Source: Pseudomonadota bacterium (GTDB lineage Bacteria > Pseudomonadota > Gammaproteobacteria > Burkholderiales > Burkholderiaceae_D). Taken from it: a DNA stretch of 61,582 nt. The translations under genes were made by a program, and so were the position numbers. The stretch covers positions 1 through 61,582 of the forward strand of contig JARXKM010000002.1 in assembly GCA_030272785.1 (NCBI GenBank), read 5' to 3'. Of this stretch, positions 20,753-30,949 are shown one piece after another (position 1 is the stretch's first letter; each line of letters starts with the position of its first letter). Under the pieces are notes generated by a model. The model did no database searches. It was not told where the DNA came from and was given only the letters and a program-made list of their open reading frames with translations.

Positions 20753-21984
20753 GCGCACCGCGCCCCCAGCATGCGCCGCTGCTGCAATTTGACGTCGAGG
20801 ACGACTGCCTGCAGATCGGCGGCATGCCGCTCACCCGGCTCGCCGAGCGGGTCGGCAGCACGCCGTTCTATGCCTACGACCGCGCCCGCCTGACCGAGCG
20901 CGTGGCGCTGCTGCGGCGCCACCTGCCGCCCGAAGTGCACCTGCATTACGCGATGAAGGCGAACCCGATGCCGGCCGTTGTGCAGCACATGGCCGGGCTG
21001 GTCGACGGCCTCGACATCGCCTCCGGCGGCGAGATGCGCGTCGCGCTCGACACCCCGATGGATCCCGGTCTGGTCAGTTTCGCCGGGCCCGGCAAGAGCG
21101 ACACCGACCTGTCCTGCGCGATCGCCGCCGGGGTGGTGCTGAACATGGAGTCGGCCGCCGAGATGGAGCGCATCGCCGCCATCGGCGCCCGCCTGCGGCT
21201 GCGCCCGAAGGTGGCGGTGCGGGTCAATCCCGACTTCGAACTGAAGTCGTCGGGCATGAAGATGGGCGGCGGGCCGAAGCAGTTCGGCGTCGATGCCGAG
21301 CTGGTGCCGGCGATGCTGGCGCGCATCGGCGAACTGGCGCTGGCGTTCCAGGGCTTCCACATCTACAGCGGCTCGCAGAACCTGAAGGCCGAGTCGATCC
21401 AGGAGGCGCACGAGAAGACCTTCGCGCTGGCGATCCGGCTGGCCGCCCACGCGCCCAGCCCGGTGCTCACGCTGAACATCGGCGGCGGCTTCGGCATCCC
21501 GTATTTCCCCGGCGAGCAGCGGCTCGACCTGGCCGCGGTCGGCGCCAACCTGGCGCTGCTGCTGCCGGACGTGAAGAAGGCGCTGCCGCAGGCGCAGGTG
21601 GTGATCGAGCTGGGCCGCTATCTGGTGGCCGAGGCCGGCATCTACGTCAGCCGCGTCATCGAGCGCAAGAGCTCGCGCGGCCAGGTCTACCTGGTCACCG
21701 ACGGCGGCCTGCACCACCACCTGGCGGCCTCGGGCAACTTTGGCCAGGTGATCCGCAAGAACTATCCTGTGGCGATCGGTAACAAGATGGCCGGCGCGGC
21801 GCGCGAGAACGTCTCCGTGGTCGGGCCGTTGTGCACGCCGCTCGACCTGCTGGCCGACAAGATGGACCTGGCCCACGCCGAGCCGGGCGACCTGGTGGTG
21901 GTGTTCCAGTCGGGCGCCTACGGCCTGACGGCCAGCCCGGTGGCCTTCCTGAGCCACCCGATGGCGGCCGAAGTGCTGGTCTGA
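20749..21984 (+). CDS. PLP-dependent decarboxylase, exosortase A system-associated (DAP decarboxylase/BtrK fold)
   Basis: YAMKAN (PLP Lys), NIGGGFG, ELGRY, GPLCTPLD, SGAYG. Confidence 0.92.
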   Translation: MSAPRPQHAPLLQFDVEDDCLQIGGMPLTRLAERVGSTPFYAYDRARLTERVALLRRHLPPEVHLHYAMKANPMPAVVQHMAGLVDGLDIASGGEMRVALDTPMDPGLVSFAGPGKSDTDLSCAIAAGVVLNMESAAEMERIAAIGARLRLRPKVAVRVNPDFELKSSGMKMGGGPKQFGVDAELVPAMLARIGELALAFQGFHIYSGSQNLKAESIQEAHEKTFALAIRLAAHAPSPVLTLNIGGGFGIPYFPGEQRLDLAAVGANLALLLPDVKKALPQAQVVIELGRYLVAEAGIYVSRVIERKSSRGQVYLVTDGGLHHHLAASGNFGQVIRKNYPVAIGNKMAGAARENVSVVGPLCTPLDLLADKMDLAHAEPGDLVVVFQSGAYGLTASPVAFLSHPMAAEVLV

Positions 21985-22045
21985 CGATTTCAAACGCATA
22001 CTGCAAGGACAAAACGATGATGGCTGACTTTTTGGAGAGCGCACA

Positions 22046-23896
22046 GTGAGCGGTGTGTGTGGATGGATCGGCTACGGCGCCAGCGCCGCCGACAATGGCG
22101 CGCTGATCGCGGCGATGGCCGCGCCGCTGGCGCGCTTCGACGGCGCGCCGGTGCAGCCGCTGCACGGCAGCAAGAGCGCCGCCGCCGTGGCCGCCGCCGC
22201 CGGCAGCGCGCACGTGTACCAGCGCGACGGCCTGATGGTGGCGCTGTGGGGCGACGCCCGCCTGACCGACGCCGCGCTGGCGCGCCAGGGCGCGGCCGAC
22301 GGCATCGCCCAGACCCTGGCCGAGGCGTGGCGGCGCGACCCCGACGCGGTGTGCACGCAGCTGAGCGGCGCGTTCGCCCTGTGCATCGTCGACGACGGCG
22401 CCGGCGAAGCCTTGCTGGCGATCGACCGCATGGGCACCCACCCGATGAGTTACCGGGTGGACGGCGAAGCGCTGCTGTTCGCCAGTTCGGCCGATGCGCT
22501 GGTGCGCCATCCGCTCGGGCGCGCCGAGATCGACCGCCAGGCCATCTACAACTACGTCTACTTCCACATGGTGCCGGCACCGCGCTCGATCTACCGCGGC
22601 CAGCAGCGCCTGCTGCCGGGCGAATGCCTGCGCTACAGCAAAGGACGCATCAGCAAGCGCCAGTACTGGAAGATGGCGTTCGACCCGCAGCCCGACCAGC
22701 CGTTCGAGGCCTTGCGCGAGGAGTTTCTCGACGTGCTCAAGAGTAGCGTGCGCGAAGCGGCCGGCGCCAGCCGGGTCGGCGCCTTCCTGTCCGGCGGCAC
22801 CGACAGCTCGACCATCGCCGGCATCCTCACCGACGTCGGCGGCAAGCCGGCCGACACCTATTCGATCGGTTTCGCCGCCGAGGGCTACGACGAAACCGGC
22901 TACGCCCGCATCGCCGAGCGTCATTTCGGCACCAATCACCATGCCTACTACGTCACCCAGGACGACGTGGTGGCGGCCATCCCGCAGATCGCCGCGGTGT
23001 TCGACCAGCCGTTCGGCAACGCCTCGGCGGTGCCGGCCTTCTATTGTTCGCGCCTGGCCAGGGCCGATGGCGTGACGCGCATGCTGGGCGGCGACGGCGG
23101 CGACGAGCTGTTCGGCGGCAACGAGCGCTATGCCAAGCAGCAGGTGTTCGCCCGCTACCACAAGCTGCCCGGCCTGCTGCGCAAGGCCCTGCTCGAGCCG
23201 GCGATCTTCCATTTCCCCGGCGCCAAAGGCATCGGCCTGATGCGCAAGGCGCGCAGTTACATCGAGCAGGCCTCGGTGCCGATGCCGGCCCGGCTGGAAA
23301 CCTACAACCTGCTGGGCCGCTACGGTCCGAGCCAGGTGTTTACGGACGCGTTCCTGGCCGGCGTCGACGTCAACGACCCGCTCGCCGCGCTGGCCGACAC
23401 CTACGGCCAGCAAGAGGGCGCCAGCCTGCTCAACCGCATGCTGGCGCTGGACATGAAGGTGACCCTGGCCGACAACGACCTGCCGAAGGTGATCAAGGCG
23501 TGCGAACTGGCCGGCATGGAAGTGGCGTTCCCGTTCCTGTCGGACCGCATGGTCGAATTCTCGGCGCGCCTGACCGACAAGCAGAAGCTCAACGGCAACC
23601 AGCTGCGCTATTTCTTCAAGGAGGCGTTGCGCGGCTTCCTGCCCGACGAAATCATCACCAAGCAAAAACACGGGTTCGGCCTGCCGTTCGGCGTCTGGCT
23701 GAGCGACCATCCGGCGCTCAAGCAGCTGGCGATCGACAGCCTGCACGACCTGAAAGGACGCGCCATCGTGCGCGCCGATTTCATCGATGCGCTGGTCGGC
23801 CAGCACTTGCAGGAGCATGCCGGCTACCACGGCACCATGGTGTGGGTGCTGATGATGCTTGAGCAGTGGCTCAAGCAGCACGACAGCAGCGTGTGA
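22046..23896 (+). CDS. Asparagine synthetase-related protein lacking the N-terminal catalytic Cys
   Basis: LSGGTDSS PP-loop, GDGGDELFGG, KHGFGLP; starts MSGVCG. Confidence 0.88.
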   Translation: MSGVCGWIGYGASAADNGALIAAMAAPLARFDGAPVQPLHGSKSAAAVAAAAGSAHVYQRDGLMVALWGDARLTDAALARQGAADGIAQTLAEAWRRDPDAVCTQLSGAFALCIVDDGAGEALLAIDRMGTHPMSYRVDGEALLFASSADALVRHPLGRAEIDRQAIYNYVYFHMVPAPRSIYRGQQRLLPGECLRYSKGRISKRQYWKMAFDPQPDQPFEALREEFLDVLKSSVREAAGASRVGAFLSGGTDSSTIAGILTDVGGKPADTYSIGFAAEGYDETGYARIAERHFGTNHHAYYVTQDDVVAAIPQIAAVFDQPFGNASAVPAFYCSRLARADGVTRMLGGDGGDELFGGNERYAKQQVFARYHKLPGLLRKALLEPAIFHFPGAKGIGLMRKARSYIEQASVPMPARLETYNLLGRYGPSQVFTDAFLAGVDVNDPLAALADTYGQQEGASLLNRMLALDMKVTLADNDLPKVIKACELAGMEVAFPFLSDRMVEFSARLTDKQKLNGNQLRYFFKEALRGFLPDEIITKQKHGFGLPFGVWLSDHPALKQLAIDSLHDLKGRAIVRADFIDALVGQHLQEHAGYHGTMVWVLMMLEQWLKQHDSSV

Positions 23897-23933
23897 GCAT
23901 GTAGGCGCCGGCACCCTCGGCCGGCGCGCGGAC

Positions 23934-25148
23934 TTATTTCCCGGTCGCTTTCGGCAAGCCGGCATACACCGGCTTGTAGCGCGCCACGCTGGCACCCCAG
24001 TTGCGCTCGCGCTCGACGAAGGCGCGCCCGGCGGCGCGCAAGGCCGGCCAGCGCTCCGGCGCGCCGAGCAGCGCCAGCGTCTTTTCCGCCAGCGCCTGCG
24101 GGTTGCCCGCCTCGAACAACACGCCGGTCTTGCCATCGTCGATCAGTTCGCCGTGGCCGCCGACGTCGGAGGCGACCAGGATGCGGCCCTGCGCCATCGC
24201 CTCGAGCGGCTTGAGCGGCGTGACCAGGTCGGTCAGGCGCATCTTCAGGCGCGGGTAGACCAGCACGTCGATCAGGTTGTAATAGCGCTGCACCTGGTCG
24301 TGCGGTACCCGGCCGGTAAACACCACGCTGGCGGCCACGCCCAGCTGGTCGGCCAGCTGGCGCAGTTGCGCCTCCTGCGGGCCGCCGCCGACCAGCAGCA
24401 CGCGCAGCGCCGGCGTGTGCGCCAACATGGCCGGCAATGCGCGCAGCAGCACGTCGAGTCCCTCGTAGGCGTAGAACGAGCCGATGAAGCCGAGCACCTG
24501 GCAGCCATCCAGGCCCAGTTCGCGGCCCAGCGCGGCGTCGCGCTGCTCGCCGACGCTGAAGTCCTCGATGTTGACCGCGTTGGGAATCACGGTCACCTTG
24601 GCGGCCGGGATGCCGCGCCCGACGATCTCGGCGCGCAGGCCTTCGCAGATGGTGGTGACCGCGTTCACCCGTTTGAGCGCGTGGGTCTCCATGGCGCGCG
24701 TGAGGCGGTAGCGCAATCCCCATTCGCGGCTGGTGCCATGGTCGACCGCGGCATCCTCCCAGAACGCGCGGATCTCGTAGACCACCGGGATGCCGAGCGC
24801 GCGGCCGACGCGCAGCGCGGCGATCGCATTGAGCGGCGGCGAGTGGGCGTGGATGACGTCCGGCCGCACCTCCAGCGCGACCGCCTTGAGGCGCCGCGCC
24901 AGGCCGCCGATGACGGCCAGCTGGTTGAGCACCGGCAGGCCGGCCAGGCGGCCGCGGACCGGCGCGGTGCGGTGGAAGATCCAGCCGTCGACGTCGTCCT
25001 GCGGCGCGCCGTAGTGGCCCTGTTTTTGGCCGGTGACGTGGACGGTGTCCCAGCCGAGCGCGCGCTGCTGCTTGAGGATCGACAGGGTGCGGAAGGTATA
25101 GCCGCTGTGCAGCGGAATCGAATGGTCGAGCACGTGAAGGATGCGCAT
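23934..25148 (-). CDS. PEP-CTERM/XrtA system glycosyltransferase (GT4, TIGR04063-like)
   Basis: MRILHVLDHSIPLHSGY, YEIRAFWEDA, TPLKPLEAMA. Confidence 0.9.
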   Translation of the reverse strand: MRILHVLDHSIPLHSGYTFRTLSILKQQRALGWDTVHVTGQKQGHYGAPQDDVDGWIFHRTAPVRGRLAGLPVLNQLAVIGGLARRLKAVALEVRPDVIHAHSPPLNAIAALRVGRALGIPVVYEIRAFWEDAAVDHGTSREWGLRYRLTRAMETHALKRVNAVTTICEGLRAEIVGRGIPAAKVTVIPNAVNIEDFSVGEQRDAALGRELGLDGCQVLGFIGSFYAYEGLDVLLRALPAMLAHTPALRVLLVGGGPQEAQLRQLADQLGVAASVVFTGRVPHDQVQRYYNLIDVLVYPRLKMRLTDLVTPLKPLEAMAQGRILVASDVGGHGELIDDGKTGVLFEAGNPQALAEKTLALLGAPERWPALRAAGRAFVERERNWGASVARYKPVYAGLPKATGK

Positions 25149-25149
25149 C

Positions 25150-27048
25150 TCAGTCTCCCTGCAGTTCTTTGCGCAGGAACGCCTCGAACATCAGCAAGGT
25201 CCAGATCGAGGCGCTGTAGTCGCGCCGGCCGGACTGGTGCTGTTCAACCAGTTCGGCCAGGAACTGCCGGTTGAAGATGCCGGTGTCGGCCAGCAGCGGC
25301 CCGAGCAGCGACTCTTGCACGCGCGCGCGCAACGGGCCGCGGAACCAGCTTGCCAGCGGTACCGAAAAGCCCATCTTCTTGCGGTACAGGATATCTTCGC
25401 TGAGGTAGGGCTCGAGGCTTTTCTTGAACACGTACTTGCCTTCGCTGCCGCGCAGCTTCATGTCGGACGGCAGGCCGGAGATCCATTCGACCAGCTGGTG
25501 GTCGAGCAGCGGCACGCGCACCTCGAGCGCGTGCGCCATGCTGGCGCGGTCGACCTTGGTGAGGATGTCGCCCGGCAGGTAGGTCTTCATGTCGAGGTAC
25601 TGGATCATCGACAGCGGATCGTCGGTGGGCGAACTGGCCGCGTGCCCCTGCATCACCTCGATGGCGCGGTAGCCGTGCAGGTCGGTGCGAAATTTCGCCG
25701 AAAACAGCCGCTCGCGCATCGCGTCCGACATCACCGACACGCCGTGGAAGTAGCCTTCGACCAAGTCGCGCGAGAGCGCCTCGAAGGTGGTCTTGGCGCG
25801 GAACATGCGCGGCGCCCAGTCGGCCTTTGGATAGTACTTGCCGAGCGGGCCGAACACCAGCTTGCGCAAGGTCGGCGGCACCCGCGAGCGCACCGCGTCC
25901 TCGGCCATCGCGTAGCGGTAGCGCCGGTAGCCGGCCAGGTTCTCGTCGCCGCCGTCGCCCGACAGCGCCACCGTGACGCGCTTCCTGGCCAGCTGGCAGA
26001 CCCGGTAGGTCGGAATCGCCGAGCTGTCGGCGTACGGCTCGTCGTACAGGCCGGCCAGGGTGTCGAGCAGGGCGTAGTCGTCGGTGTCGACCGTCTCGGT
26101 ATGGTGGTCGGTGTGGTACTGGCGCGCCACCTGCTCGGCGTACTGCGACTCGTCGTAGTGCTTGTCGTTGAAGGCGATCGAGCAGGTGTGCACCGGATCC
26201 TTCATCAGGCCGGCCATCATCGCCACGATCGCGCTCGAATCGACGCCGCCGGACAGGAAGGCGCCGAGCGGCACTTCGGCCTTCAGGCGGATCTGCACCG
26301 CTTCGCGCAGGCGCACGATCAGTTCGGCCTCGGCGTCCTGCTCGGTCATTTTTGCATGCAGCTTGAACGGCGCATCCCAGAACTGCTTCGGCTCGGGCAG
26401 CGGCTGGCCGATGCGCACCGTCAGGCTGAAGCCGGGCGACAGTTTCTTGGCGCCGAGGTAGATGGTCTTCGGCTCGGGCACGTAGCCGTAGGCGAAATAG
26501 TCTTCCACCGCGCGCGGGTCGATCGCGCGCGGCAGGCCCGGATGGGCGCGCAGCGACTTCAGTTCGGAGCCGAAGATGAACATGCCGTCGGGCAGCACGG
26601 CGTAATAGAACGGCTTGACGCCGAGCCGGTCGCGCGCCATGAACATGGTCTGCTGCTGGCGGTCCCACACGCAGATGGCGAACATGCCGCGCAGCTTGTG
26701 CACGCAGTCCTCGCCCCAGGCTTCCCACGCATGCACGATGGTTTCGGTGTCGCTCTTGGTGCGGAACACGTAGCCGAGCTGCTGCAGCTCCTCGGTCAGG
26801 GCGGGGAAATTGTAGATTTCGCCGTTGAACACCACGCCGACGTCGCCGGCGGCGTTGAACATCGGCTGCTGGCCGCTGGCGATGTCGATCACCGACAGGC
26901 GCCGGTGGCCGAAGCCGACCCCGGGCTCGGTGTAGATGTCGCCCTCGTCGGGGCCGCGATGGTGCTGCGTTTCGTTCATGCGCTTGAGCAGCGCCGGATC
27001 GATCGGGCGCGCACCGCGCGTATCAAAGATGCCTACGATTCCACACAT
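25150..27048 (-). CDS. asnB: XrtA/PEP-CTERM system amidotransferase (AsnB family)
   Basis: MCGI Ntn Cys, HRGPD, HRRLS, NGEIYN, LSGGVDSS, LSGDGGDE. Confidence 0.92.
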   Translation of the reverse strand: MCGIVGIFDTRGARPIDPALLKRMNETQHHRGPDEGDIYTEPGVGFGHRRLSVIDIASGQQPMFNAAGDVGVVFNGEIYNFPALTEELQQLGYVFRTKSDTETIVHAWEAWGEDCVHKLRGMFAICVWDRQQQTMFMARDRLGVKPFYYAVLPDGMFIFGSELKSLRAHPGLPRAIDPRAVEDYFAYGYVPEPKTIYLGAKKLSPGFSLTVRIGQPLPEPKQFWDAPFKLHAKMTEQDAEAELIVRLREAVQIRLKAEVPLGAFLSGGVDSSAIVAMMAGLMKDPVHTCSIAFNDKHYDESQYAEQVARQYHTDHHTETVDTDDYALLDTLAGLYDEPYADSSAIPTYRVCQLARKRVTVALSGDGGDENLAGYRRYRYAMAEDAVRSRVPPTLRKLVFGPLGKYYPKADWAPRMFRAKTTFEALSRDLVEGYFHGVSVMSDAMRERLFSAKFRTDLHGYRAIEVMQGHAASSPTDDPLSMIQYLDMKTYLPGDILTKVDRASMAHALEVRVPLLDHQLVEWISGLPSDMKLRGSEGKYVFKKSLEPYLSEDILYRKKMGFSVPLASWFRGPLRARVQESLLGPLLADTGIFNRQFLAELVEQHQSGRRDYSASIWTLLMFEAFLRKELQGD

Positions 27049-28217
27049 GTCTTGACGGGCTTTCTGAATGTTGTTTTACGTGCGCACAGGGTGTCGTACA
27101 GCGCCTGGTAGGCGGCCACCATGGCGGGCATATTGTAGAGGCGCAGGACGCGTTCGCGCCCGGCGCCGCCGTGGCGGCGCGCCAGCTCCGGCGCGCTGAC
27201 GTAGCGCGCCAGCGCGGCGGCCATCGCCGCCGGATCGGACGGCGCCACCAGGGTGCCGGTGACGCCATCGTCGATCACTTCGGGGATGCCGCCGACGCGC
27301 GTGCCGACTACCGGCAGGCCGCTGGCCATCGCCTCGAGGGCGGCGCCGGGCGTGCCTTCGGCCAGCGACGACATGGCGAACAGGTCGCAAGCGCGCAGGA
27401 TGTCGGCGATGTCGGCGCGCTTGCCGGGCAGCCAGACCAGCTCGGCGAGGCCGGCGGCGGCCACCTTGGCGCGCAGCGCCGCCAGCAGCGGGCCGTCGCC
27501 GACGATCGCCAGCCGCAGCCGCGCGGCATGCTCGGGCAGCTGCGCGCGCAGCAGCACGAACGCGTCGACCAGGCCGGCATGGTCCTTGACGTCCTGGATG
27601 CGGCCGACGCTGCCGATGACGATGCAGTCGGGGCCGAAGCCGGTGACACTGTCCTGGCGGCCGCCGGCGGCCGGATGGAAGCGGTCCGAGTCGATGCCGT
27701 TGCCGAGCAGCCGGCTCTTGTGCGCCGGCACGCCGATGACGCTGCGGTTCCATGCCACCATGTCGGCCGAGTTGGCGTAGCAACAGTCATGAAACGGCAG
27801 CATCAGGCGGCGCAGCAGGCGGTGCTTCGGATTGCTGCCGTCGGGGTCGGCGGCGTCGCGTCCGTGGGTGCCGTTGATGCGCACCGGCACGCCGGCGAGC
27901 AGGGCGGCCGGCGCATATTCGACGCCCGACAAATTGTAGCTGTGCAGCACCGCCGGCTTCAGGCGGCGCAGCAGACGCCACAGCTGGACGTGGGTCTGCA
28001 GCGACAGGCCGGGCTGCTTGTGCAGCGCATACAGTTCGACGCCCGGCTTGCTGATGCGGTCGGCGAAGTCGGTGGTCTCGGTCAGCGCCACCACCGCGTG
28101 GCGGTAGGCCTGGGCCGGCAAGCGGTTGATGCGCTCGACCATCAGGTTCTCCAGCCCGCCGAAGTCGAGCCGGTAGACCAGGTGGACGATCAGCGGAATC
28201 TCGTGCGCGTCGCTCAT
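27033..28217 (-). CDS. PEP-CTERM/XrtA system glycosyltransferase (GT4, TIGR03088-like)
   Basis: GGLEN, HGRD, SLAEG...LEAMASGLPVV. Confidence 0.88.
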   Translation of the reverse strand: MSDAHEIPLIVHLVYRLDFGGLENLMVERINRLPAQAYRHAVVALTETTDFADRISKPGVELYALHKQPGLSLQTHVQLWRLLRRLKPAVLHSYNLSGVEYAPAALLAGVPVRINGTHGRDAADPDGSNPKHRLLRRLMLPFHDCCYANSADMVAWNRSVIGVPAHKSRLLGNGIDSDRFHPAAGGRQDSVTGFGPDCIVIGSVGRIQDVKDHAGLVDAFVLLRAQLPEHAARLRLAIVGDGPLLAALRAKVAAAGLAELVWLPGKRADIADILRACDLFAMSSLAEGTPGAALEAMASGLPVVGTRVGGIPEVIDDGVTGTLVAPSDPAAMAAALARYVSAPELARRHGGAGRERVLRLYNMPAMVAAYQALYDTLCARKTTFRKPVKTCVES

Positions 28218-28218
28218 G

Positions 28219-29760
28219 CTAGCGCCCCCGGGTGGCGGCCAACGCGGTGTCGATCGGCGCCAGGTGGGCGGCGAGGAAGGCGCGCAGCGCGGTGCGCGCC
28301 TGGTCGGGCTGCTCGATATACGGCGCCGACAGCATCACCGCGGCGCCGTCGTCGCCGCGCCGCATCAGCTTGGCGCGCGCCTGCAGCAGCTTGCCGCCGG
28401 CGCTGCTGACAGCGCGCTGCTGGTCGATCCAGTACCAGTACCAGACCAGGAACGGACCGTCGCGGCCTTGCATACGCACTTCGCGCACCTGCAGTGGCTG
28501 ACCTCCCGGCGCTTCGCTGCGCACGGCGCTGCCGGCCTGCTGAAACCCGTTGTCCTCTTCGGCGGCCATCGTGTTGATCGAACTGATCAGGGACTTGGCG
28601 CTGTTCTGGTTGCGGTAGTACAGGATCGTCAGCGCCACCGGCGGGGTGCCGGGCACGGCCTGGGTGACGCGGTTGACGGCGGCGTCGGCGGCCATGAAGT
28701 TCGGCTGCCAGCTCGAGAAGGCCGGCGCGGCCGGCCAGCTGAGCGCGACCGGTGCCAGCGCCACCGGACGGGCGTTGTAGTTGGCCTGGTCGTTGAAGTG
28801 CGCCAGCGCCGGCCACAGCGCCGTCAGCGCCAGCACCGCCAGCGCCATGTTGCGCGGCGCCGCGCGCGCGGCCGGCGCCGCGCCGCCATTGAGCTGGCGC
28901 GGCGCGGCCGCCTCGTCCTCGCGCCAGTAGCTGCCGATCCAGAACATGACGAACATCACCAGGCCGAAGAACAGCCAGCCGTAGATCAGGTGATCGACCC
29001 CGGTCGCCAGTTTCATGTTGCTCAGGTGGCCGATCATGACGATCATGTAGGCACGCAGGCCGTTGGCGATCACCGGCACCACGATCGACAGCGCGACGAA
29101 CAGCAGGCGCCGGGCGGTCGAGCGGTAGGTCAGGTAGGCGTACAGGCAGCCGATGGTGACCGAGGAAATCAGGTAGCGCACGCCGCTGCAGGCGTCCACC
29201 ACCGACCAGCTGCCGGTGGGCAGTTCGAAGCGGGTGCCGTTGCGCAGGACCGGGATGCCGGTCAGCTGCACCGCGCGCACGGTGAAGTCGGCGGTGAACT
29301 GGATCAGCGGGCCGACGAAGATTTCGCCGAACGGCACCGCGAACAGCAGGAACAGCAGCGGGAAGGCGAGCGAGCCGGCCAGCCGGCGACCCAGCAAGGC
29401 CAGAGCGATCAGCGGCAGCATCGCCACGAAGGCGTACTGGGTCACCACCTGCACTTCGCCGGCGCGCGCCAGCAGCCAGCCGGCGCCGGCCAGCGCCAGC
29501 AGCACCAGCGCCGGCCAGTACGGGGCCGGCGGCAGGGCGGTGAAATTGGCGCGCCGGCGCCAGATCAGCCACAGGCTGATCGGCATGATGATGTAGCCGT
29601 GGGCGAAGGTCTCCGAGCTGTTCCAGATCGACACGATCGACTGGACGGTACCGAAATACAGCGCGAACGGCGCCAGCAGCGCCAGCACCATGAGCGCAAT
29701 GACGGCGGGCGACAGGCGCGGTGTGGCGTTCAGCACGGCGGCAGGAGGGGTCAGGTACAT
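28219..29760 (-). CDS. xrtA: Exosortase A with C-terminal EpsI-like domain
   Basis: FAHG, VVDACSG (catalytic Cys), ANGLR (Arg), GVDHLIYGW (His); periplasmic tail with VWYWYW. Confidence 0.95.
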   Translation of the reverse strand: MYLTPPAAVLNATPRLSPAVIALMVLALLAPFALYFGTVQSIVSIWNSSETFAHGYIIMPISLWLIWRRRANFTALPPAPYWPALVLLALAGAGWLLARAGEVQVVTQYAFVAMLPLIALALLGRRLAGSLAFPLLFLLFAVPFGEIFVGPLIQFTADFTVRAVQLTGIPVLRNGTRFELPTGSWSVVDACSGVRYLISSVTIGCLYAYLTYRSTARRLLFVALSIVVPVIANGLRAYMIVMIGHLSNMKLATGVDHLIYGWLFFGLVMFVMFWIGSYWREDEAAAPRQLNGGAAPAARAAPRNMALAVLALTALWPALAHFNDQANYNARPVALAPVALSWPAAPAFSSWQPNFMAADAAVNRVTQAVPGTPPVALTILYYRNQNSAKSLISSINTMAAEEDNGFQQAGSAVRSEAPGGQPLQVREVRMQGRDGPFLVWYWYWIDQQRAVSSAGGKLLQARAKLMRRGDDGAAVMLSAPYIEQPDQARTALRAFLAAHLAPIDTALAATRGR

Positions 29761-30944
29761 TCGAGTCTCGCGTCAATGTGGGCCAGGTTGGCGGGCCAGC
29801 TGTAAAGTTGTTCGACCCGCGCGCGCGCCGAGCGGCCCAGCGCCGCGTCGGGCGCCGCCAGCAGGGCGGCGACGGCATCGGCGAAGGCGACGGCGCCGTC
29901 GGCCAGCAGCAGGTCGGTGCCTGCGCGCGCGGCGATGCCTTCGAGCGCCTGCGGCGACACCACCACCGCGGCGGCCATCGCCATCGCCTCGAGCACCTTG
30001 TTCTGGATGCCGCGCGCGATGCGCAGCGGCGCCACCGCCACGGCGGCGTGGGCGATGTAGGGGCGCACGTCGGGCACGGTGCCGGTCACCACCACGCCGG
30101 GCAGCTGGGCCAGCGCCAGCACCGCCGCCGACGGCCGCGCACCGACGATGTAGAAGCGCAGCTCGGCGCCGCGCGCGCGCAGCAGCGGCAGCACCTCGGC
30201 GGCGAACCACTGCACCGCGTCGACGTTCGGCCAGTAGTCCATGGCGCCGGTAAACACCACCGCGCGTTCGCCGTCGGGGTAGGGATCGGGATAGGCGCGC
30301 AGGGGCGAAAAATAGTCGGTGTCGACGCCGTTGTTGAAAAAGCCGATGCGCGCGTCGCTCTCGGGCGCCAGCTGGCGGAACAGGTCGGCCTCGGGCGCCG
30401 ACACGAACAGCGCGGCGTCGCAGCTGCGCGCGACGTGGCGCTCGTAGGCCAGCAGCTGGCGTGCCTCGTGGCGGTACAGCCAGCTCATCGGCCAGCGTTT
30501 CTGGTCGGCGTATTGGCGCCACTTGTCCGAATCGACGTCGCAGAAGTCGACCACCCGGCGCGCTTGCGGATACGCCTCGGCGTACTGCGCCATGGCCGAC
30601 GAGAACACCACGATGCGCCCGATGCCGTGCTGCCGCACCGCCTGCGCGCTCCAGGCGCGCAGGCCGGCGTCGCGGTAGTAGTCGAGCGAGAGCGAACGGT
30701 TCGCCAGCAGCGCGCCGAGGCTGCGCACGCGCGCCAGCAGCGGTTGCAGCGGGGCGAAGTGGCTGCTCGCGCACAGCGCCTGTACGTGCGGCACGTGCTG
30801 CCAGTCGTCGGCATCGTCGACGAAGGTGGCCAGGTGCACGCGGTAGCGCTGCGCCAGGTGCTTGAGCAGGTGGTAGGAGCGGATCTTGTCGCCCTTGTTG
30901 GGCGGATACGGGATGCGGTGGATCAGCAGCAGCAGGTCTTCCAT
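29751..30944 (-). CDS. PEP-CTERM/XrtA system glycosyltransferase (GT4, TIGR03087-like)
   Basis: HRIPYPPNKGDKIRS, DVDSDKW, GAMDYWPN, RGIQNKVLEAMA. Confidence 0.92.
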   Translation of the reverse strand: MEDLLLLIHRIPYPPNKGDKIRSYHLLKHLAQRYRVHLATFVDDADDWQHVPHVQALCASSHFAPLQPLLARVRSLGALLANRSLSLDYYRDAGLRAWSAQAVRQHGIGRIVVFSSAMAQYAEAYPQARRVVDFCDVDSDKWRQYADQKRWPMSWLYRHEARQLLAYERHVARSCDAALFVSAPEADLFRQLAPESDARIGFFNNGVDTDYFSPLRAYPDPYPDGERAVVFTGAMDYWPNVDAVQWFAAEVLPLLRARGAELRFYIVGARPSAAVLALAQLPGVVVTGTVPDVRPYIAHAAVAVAPLRIARGIQNKVLEAMAMAAAVVVSPQALEGIAARAGTDLLLADGAVAFADAVAALLAAPDAALGRSARARVEQLYSWPANLAHIDARLECT

Positions 30945-30949
30945 CGGGC

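Noticed and set aside
22046-23896. Lasso peptide cluster (AsnB-like cyclase plus distant RRE, kinase and NTase)
   Set aside because: No transglutaminase-like leader peptidase or short lasso precursor seen, and the genes are about 17 kb apart
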